DNA of 64,000 bases from Nitrospirota bacterium (lineage in GTDB: Bacteria; Nitrospirota; UBA9217): contig CAVTRN010000001.1 in NCBI GenBank assembly GCA_963737155.1, positions 544,001 through 608,000 of the forward strand, read 5' to 3'. Under the pieces are notes generated by a model that saw only the letters and a program-made list of their open reading frames with translations, had not been told where the DNA came from and did no database searches. Position 1 is the stretch's first letter; every line of letters starts with the position of its first letter. The position numbers and the translations under genes were made by a program. Positions 59,042 through 64,000 of this stretch are shown here, one piece after another.

Positions 59042-59575
59042 ATGGGAACCAACGTTATTACAACCAATAGGAAGTCAGGTTTGGAAAAGGAAAAACAGAT
59101 CCTGAACCTCGAACTTACCGAGATCCGGGAAATATCGGAGCTCATATTCATGAAGCTTGAGAAGAAGATCGAGGCCATCCAGACCCTTGAATCGTCGGTG
59201 GACAAAAAATTAAACCTGCTCATTCAGCGGGCTGAGGCTATCGACAAAAAGATGCAGGCCGAAGAGGGTCTTGCCGCTTCCCTGGAAAAAAAGAAGACTG
59301 ATCTGGAACAGCTGATCCGGCGTGCTGAAGCACTCGAAAACAACCTGCAGTCGAAGGAGAAAATTGCTGGTTCAATAGAAAAGAAAATATCGGACCTTCA
59401 TCGGTTGAATCTGCAACCCGAAGCGCTGAAACCACAGGTTGGCAGCTCAAGCCGCCATCAGGAGATCGTTGCGCTCAGCCGGAAAGCACTCTCTTCCCGG
59501 GAAATAGCTGAAGTTCTCGACATGCCATTGGGCGAGGTCGAACTCATTCTTGATCTCTCTCTCCAGCAGGCATGA
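59042..59575 (+). CDS. Coiled-coil protein with C-terminal HTH-like motif (DUF2802-like)
   Basis: IVAL.RK.LS.REIAE.L.MP.GEVELIL.L; internal roughly 28-aa repeats. Confidence 0.75.
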   Translation: MGTNVITTNRKSGLEKEKQILNLELTEIREISELIFMKLEKKIEAIQTLESSVDKKLNLLIQRAEAIDKKMQAEEGLAASLEKKKTDLEQLIRRAEALENNLQSKEKIAGSIEKKISDLHRLNLQPEALKPQVGSSSRHQEIVALSRKALSSREIAEVLDMPLGEVELILDLSLQQA

Positions 59576-59714
59576 GATAAATCTTGCCGTAGGGGAAATT
59601 TTTTCCCCCTGATTCGGATTTGCCGAGGTCATTATTCTTACCCGATCCTGCTAAACGACGCATGTGTGGCTGATTTTCCATGATTATCGGAATTGTGCCC
59701 GCCGAACGAAAAGA

Positions 59715-59730
59715 TGGCATAGTACTTGCT
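59715..59730 (+). promoter_or_regulatory. Sigma54 promoter of flgFG
   Basis: TGGCATAGTACTTGCT, GG-N10-GC. Confidence 0.78.
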
Positions 59731-59746
59731 GATATAAGGAAGTAAC

Positions 59747-60481
59747 ATGTATAAAGGAATTTACATAGCAGTCTCCGGAGCGGTCTTAAAACAGACGCAG
59801 CTCGATGTACTCAGCCAGAATCTCGCTAATGCGAATACCGCTGGCTATAAGAAAGACACGCTTTCCTTTAAGGATTATCTCTTCCAACCAGAACCAAGCT
59901 CCACTCCTGACGGCCGAGACATGGCAGATTATTCCGGTTCCAAAACAGACCTGTCAAACGGAAACACCGTCAGCACGGGTAACGATTTCGACATCGCAAT
60001 TGAAGGCAGCGGTTTTATAGCTCTCGAAGGGGGTCAGTATACTCGCGGTGGCAACCTGAGAAAAAACAGCGAAGGCTACCTTACTACCAGTGACGGCATC
60101 AAGGTCCTTGGCCAAGGCGGACCAATCAATATACCTGCCGACAGCATCAAGGTCAGCATAGACCTTCAGGGCAATGTATCGGTTATTACAGCAGGCAGTC
60201 CTCTGCCATCGCAAGTTGATACCATAAAAATTGTAGATTTCGGTCCTGGTGCAAACCTCACCAAGGCAGGAGATGGCCTGTTCACGGCCGACGCCGGTTC
60301 AGGTACAACATCGACATCTACGATAAAGCAGGGATATCTGGAAACGTCGAATGTAAACGTTGTGAAGGAAATGGTACAGATGATCCAGGCAATGCGTGAA
60401 TTCGAAACATATCAAAAAGCCATTCAGGCTTTTGACAGCGCAACATCAAAAGTAACGAATGATTTAGGGAGGCTATCATAA
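59747..60481 (+). CDS. flgF: Rod protein FlgF
   Basis: [43 protein letters not shown]; precedes flgG. Confidence 0.9.
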   Translation: MYKGIYIAVSGAVLKQTQLDVLSQNLANANTAGYKKDTLSFKDYLFQPEPSSTPDGRDMADYSGSKTDLSNGNTVSTGNDFDIAIEGSGFIALEGGQYTRGGNLRKNSEGYLTTSDGIKVLGQGGPINIPADSIKVSIDLQGNVSVITAGSPLPSQVDTIKIVDFGPGANLTKAGDGLFTADAGSGTTSTSTIKQGYLETSNVNVVKEMVQMIQAMREFETYQKAIQAFDSATSKVTNDLGRLS

Positions 60482-60482
60482 T

Positions 60483-61277
60483 ATGATGAGATCATTGTAT
60501 ATCGCCGCAACAGGCATGGAAGCGCAGAATCTGAACATTGACGTAATATCCAACAACCTGGCCAACGTAAACACCAATGGTTTCAAAAAAAGCAGGCCAG
60601 CCTTCGAAGACCTCCTCTACCAGACGACCAGAACGCCTGGAGCCACCTCGGCGGAAGGCTCGCAAATCCCATCTGGAATCCAACTGGGCATGGGTGTGAA
60701 CCCGGTTGCAGTCGAAAAAATCTTTCTACAGGGCGACTTCAGCCAGACCGGCAACAGCCTGGACACTGTCATCCAGGGCAACGGTTTTTTCCAGGTACAG
60801 ATGCCAGACGGCACTACATCGTACACTCGCGCCGGTTCTTTCCAGCTTGACAGTCAGGGACGGATTGTCACCCCAGACGGATATCCGGTGGAACCGACAA
60901 TTACCGTTCCGCAAACCGCCACGAGCATCAGCATCAGTTCCGATGGAATCGTTTCAGCGGTCGAACCGGGAACCACTACGCCCGCCCAGCTTGGTCAGAT
61001 ACAACTCGCAAATTTTATAAATCCAGCGGGTCTAAGCGCGCTCGGATCAAATCTTTTCCAGCAGACAGCATCATCGGGAGATCCTGTAACCGGCAATCCC
61101 GGAGCAAATGGATTAGGCACCATCCTGCAAGGCTCTGTTGAAATGAGCAATGTCAATGTGGTCGAGGAAATGGTGAATATGATCGCGGCCCAGCGCGCCT
61201 ATGAGATGAACTCCAAGACAATCCAGGCGGCCAACGAAATGCTTCAAGTAGCGAACAACTTGGGGCAGACTACTTAA
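60483..61277 (+). CDS. flgG: Distal rod protein FlgG
   Basis: [52 protein letters not shown]. Confidence 0.96.
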   Translation: MMRSLYIAATGMEAQNLNIDVISNNLANVNTNGFKKSRPAFEDLLYQTTRTPGATSAEGSQIPSGIQLGMGVNPVAVEKIFLQGDFSQTGNSLDTVIQGNGFFQVQMPDGTTSYTRAGSFQLDSQGRIVTPDGYPVEPTITVPQTATSISISSDGIVSAVEPGTTTPAQLGQIQLANFINPAGLSALGSNLFQQTASSGDPVTGNPGANGLGTILQGSVEMSNVNVVEEMVNMIAAQRAYEMNSKTIQAANEMLQVANNLGQTT

Positions 61278-61564
61278 TAAGTCGATAAAATAAAGGCCCT
61301 CAATTAACGTGAAATATTCACTGATACAGAAAAACGTTATTGAGATGGTATTATAACTTTTTTCAAACCCGAGCACAGAATCGCGCTCGACTATATCAAA
61401 AAATAGAAAATAACAAGTTCAGGGTGATCCAGCGTCGAGATGTGGTTGACGAGACCAAATATCTTTGTCTCAATGTATTGACCTGCATGCTTCCTGGTTT
61501 TGATCAAAATGGCTCAAAAACGTGCACTCGGTTAGAACTTGACGCACATAGTGAGGTAATAGTC

Positions 61565-62284
61565 ATGAGTAAGGCATGCGTCGCAAGACGGGTGGGAAAT
61601 CGGAAGGCGTGGTCGGGGTTCCTGGCTGCATCCTTTCTCTTTTTGGCAATCAGTCTTCTATCGGTGCAAACAGTTCCGGCCTCGACCGAATCATGGAGTT
61701 TTGAGCCAACGCTCCATAGCTACATTTTGCAGCACTATCCTTGGGCGGAGGTAGATATCACCGATCTCCAGCTAAGCGCAATGCCTCCGTCATACTCGCC
61801 ATCATCGGTCACCGTCGAAAAAGCGCCTCCCGGCAGGGCCAGCTTCCGCCTTGAATTCAAGGATGGTACTTCCGTAATGGCAACGGCGTTCATCAAGGTT
61901 TTTGACCACGTGGTCTTGAGCAGGTCGGCATTTCCCGGAGGATACGTATTGAAGCAGGATGACGTGTATTCAACGCTTATGGAAAGCGGCCGCATTCCCC
62001 GGGGCGCAATTCGTGTTGAGGACCAGGCCGTCGGCAAGCCACTCTACCGCGCCATTGTGCCGAACATGCCGATTACGAGCGCCATGGTCTCTGAAACACC
62101 GTTGGTCAAACGAGGGCGCAAAGTCATGATCTGCATCGAGTCCCCGGCTTTTTCCATAAAAACCGATGGTGAATTGACCCGCGATGCCGCTGTTGGCGAC
62201 TATGTGCAGACCGTCAACCTAATGTCCAAAAAAATCATAACAGGCCTACTGGTCAATGAGAACACAGTCCGTGTGGAGTACTGA
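61565..62284 (+). CDS. flgA: P-ring assembly chaperone FlgA
   Basis: Signal segment, SAF-like domain, LVKRG..V, G.....AAVGD.V..VN..SKKII.G; GAGGT SD before 61565. Confidence 0.85.
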   Translation: MSKACVARRVGNRKAWSGFLAASFLFLAISLLSVQTVPASTESWSFEPTLHSYILQHYPWAEVDITDLQLSAMPPSYSPSSVTVEKAPPGRASFRLEFKDGTSVMATAFIKVFDHVVLSRSAFPGGYVLKQDDVYSTLMESGRIPRGAIRVEDQAVGKPLYRAIVPNMPITSAMVSETPLVKRGRKVMICIESPAFSIKTDGELTRDAAVGDYVQTVNLMSKKIITGLLVNENTVRVEY

Positions 62285-62351
62285 AATGAAGAGTCCTGAA
62301 GTCATCAGTACGAAACAAGAATACAGGGAGCAAATACAGGAGACAAAAAAA

Positions 62352-63056
62352 ATGGTTGCCCGTCTTCTATGCTTCGCTGTCTGCTTTCTAACCCTTTCCT
62401 GTGCATCAGCGCCCAAGCTACCACCACCTCCTCCGCGGTATGTGTATGAGCACAATCAGGCAGCGGAGGTTAAGGCTAAATCGCCGATCCCGGGGACCAA
62501 CTCGCTTTGGTCTGATTCCGCTAGTCTCTACGAGGATGTAAAGGCCAGACGGCTGAATGACCTCATCACCATCAATGTGGTGGAAAACATTTCTGGTTCG
62601 GGAACGGCAAACACTGCAACAGACAAAACATCCTCTACCGTAGGGGCGGTAAATAACGTATTTGGCCTTCCGTCGAACCTGGGTTTGGCCAATCTGTACG
62701 GCAAGGGATTTACTTTTTCCCCGAACGTAAACGGATCCATGACTGACAGCTTCAAGGGCGATGGTTCTACCACCCGGGCGGGAAGCCTTGTAGGCACTAT
62801 CACGGCTAATGTTGTTGAGGTAATGCCGAACGGCAATATGGAAATTGAGTCGAGGAAAGAAATCACCATTAATAATGAAAAACAGATTCTTATCCTTCGA
62901 GGCATGGTGCGTCCTGACGATGTGGCGGTTGATAACAGTGTCTTAAGCAGCCGGGTTGCAAATGCGGAAGTTTATTTTGTCGGAAATGGCGTGGTTTCAA
63001 GTAAGCAGGATACGGGTTGGTTCGATAAAATTCTCGATAAAATATGGCCATTCTAA
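62352..63056 (+). CDS. flgH: L-ring lipoprotein FlgH
   Basis: Lipobox LSC, LY.D.KARR..DLITI, ITA.VVEVMPNGN, GMVRPDD, C-terminal WPF. Confidence 0.94.
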   Translation: MVARLLCFAVCFLTLSCASAPKLPPPPPRYVYEHNQAAEVKAKSPIPGTNSLWSDSASLYEDVKARRLNDLITINVVENISGSGTANTATDKTSSTVGAVNNVFGLPSNLGLANLYGKGFTFSPNVNGSMTDSFKGDGSTTRAGSLVGTITANVVEVMPNGNMEIESRKEITINNEKQILILRGMVRPDDVAVDNSVLSSRVANAEVYFVGNGVVSSKQDTGWFDKILDKIWPF

Positions 63057-63094
63057 ACAAAATAATAGAATACGTGCAGTATAGAGTAGTCAGT

Positions 63095-64000
63095 GTGAAT
63101 GCCCCGCTGACCCGTTTACTGCTTTGCCTTGGCCTCTGTACTGTCTGCTGTCTGCTGCCTACCGCCTCCCCCGCCGAGCGCATCAAGGACATTGCTTCGT
63201 TCGAGGGCATGCAGGAAAACCAGCTTGTCGGCTATGGCCTCGTCGTCGGACTGGACAAGTCCGGCGACACGGGTAACCAGACGCTCCAGGCCATCTCAAA
63301 TATGCTGCAGCGGATGGGCCAGTCCATATCGATAGCAAACATCACGGCTAAGGACACGGCAGCGGTCATGGTTACGGCCACGCTTCCGCCATTCCCAAAG
63401 CCGGGAATGAAGTTGGATGGCATTGTTTCCGCCATCGGCGATGCTAAAAGCCTTCAGGGTGGCACGCTGCTTCTCGCACCTCTCAGGGGTCCCGATGGCA
63501 AGGTTTATGCGCTTGCCCAAGGAGCGGTTTCGGTTGGCGGTTTCATCGGCGGAGGCGGAGGAACCTCGGTCCAGAAGAACCATACTACAGCCGGTACAAT
63601 TATCAGCGGTATAATCATAGAAAACGAACCGCGTTTCACCTTAGGAGCAGGCAATGAAATTCGCGTCTTTCTGAACAACCCGGACATTACGACTGCGGTC
63701 ACGACAGCGAGAACAATCAACGAAGCGTTGAATGACAATACGGAGGCAACAACTGTTGACCCGACAACAATTAAGTTGAAGATCCCTGAGCAGTACCAGG
63801 GGAAACTGATGCAGTTCATCGCGCTTGTAGAAAGTCTGAATGTCCCCGTGGATATGCCCGCGCGAGTGGTCATTAACGAGCGGACCGGTACGGTCGCCAT
63901 CGGCGAGAACGTCAGAATCGAGCCCGTGGCCATCGCCCACGGCAATCTGACCATTGAGATCAAGACCGAGTACAAGGTGTCCCAGCCTCTTCCACGGGCG
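63095..64000 (+). CDS. flgI: P-ring protein FlgI, 3'-partial (start may be GTG 63074)
   Basis: Read by hand: ERIKDIASFEGMQENQLVGYGLVVGLDKSGD, AAVMVTATLPPF, GDAKSLQGGTLL, ARVVINERTGT; open to the window end. Confidence 0.93.
   Translation, partial: MNAPLTRLLLCLGLCTVCCLLPTASPAERIKDIASFEGMQENQLVGYGLVVGLDKSGDTGNQTLQAISNMLQRMGQSISIANITAKDTAAVMVTATLPPFPKPGMKLDGIVSAIGDAKSLQGGTLLLAPLRGPDGKVYALAQGAVSVGGFIGGGGGTSVQKNHTTAGTIISGIIIENEPRFTLGAGNEIRVFLNNPDITTAVTTARTINEALNDNTEATTVDPTTIKLKIPEQYQGKLMQFIALVESLNVPVDMPARVVINERTGTVAIGENVRIEPVAIAHGNLTIEIKTEYKVSQPLPRA

Noticed and set aside
58866-59105. 79-aa ORF from the track
   Set aside because: Wrong frame; the 58888-59040 frame has the SD and abuts the next gene
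61510-61526. Possible sigma54 site before flgA (TGGCTCAAAAACGTGCA)
   Set aside because: GG-to-GC spacing is 11, not 10
1-64000. CRISPR array, rRNA, tRNA, c-di-GMP riboswitch, transposase or phage genes
   Set aside because: No spaced direct repeats or recognisable motifs by eye; an Rfam/tRNAscan run would be needed to exclude RNAs formally

Overview
A nearly continuous flagellar motility and chemotaxis supercluster from a moderately GC-rich bacterium. Gene style and order suggest Nitrospirota (Thermodesulfovibrionia) or a deltaproteobacteria-like lineage; this is inference, not a database result. In order: a giant multi-glycosyltransferase/TPR gene (probably 5'-partial); an alphaproteobacterial-type flagellin-hyp-flbT-flaF cassette; a sigma28-like-driven operon with REC, HD-GYP, PilZ, two MotAB stator pairs and a pseudo-receiver kinase; flgBC-fliEFGHIJ-motE; FleQ-like and FleS/FleR-like regulators; fliLMNOPQR-flhBAFG-fliA; a che operon (HEAT, cheR, 2x cheY, cheA, CheW-CheZ fusion, hemerythrin, cheB); two MCPs with cheW and an MCP remnant; fliK-flgDE; HDOD; flgFGAH and a partial flgI. 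Most notable: (1) a CheW-CheZ fusion; (2) near-total loss of Lys/Arg in flagellin, hook and hook cap, graded along the rod; (3) an alpha-type FlbT/FlaF flagellin module inside a FleQ/FleSR/FliA hierarchy whose promoters and candidate activator boxes can be read from the DNA; (4) a roughly 144-bp IS200/IS605-like twin-hairpin element 1 nt upstream of the fliI start; (5) an HD-GYP gene shortened by three in-frame deletions. No CRISPR array, rRNA, tRNA or transposase gene was seen. All calls come from reading motifs by eye.
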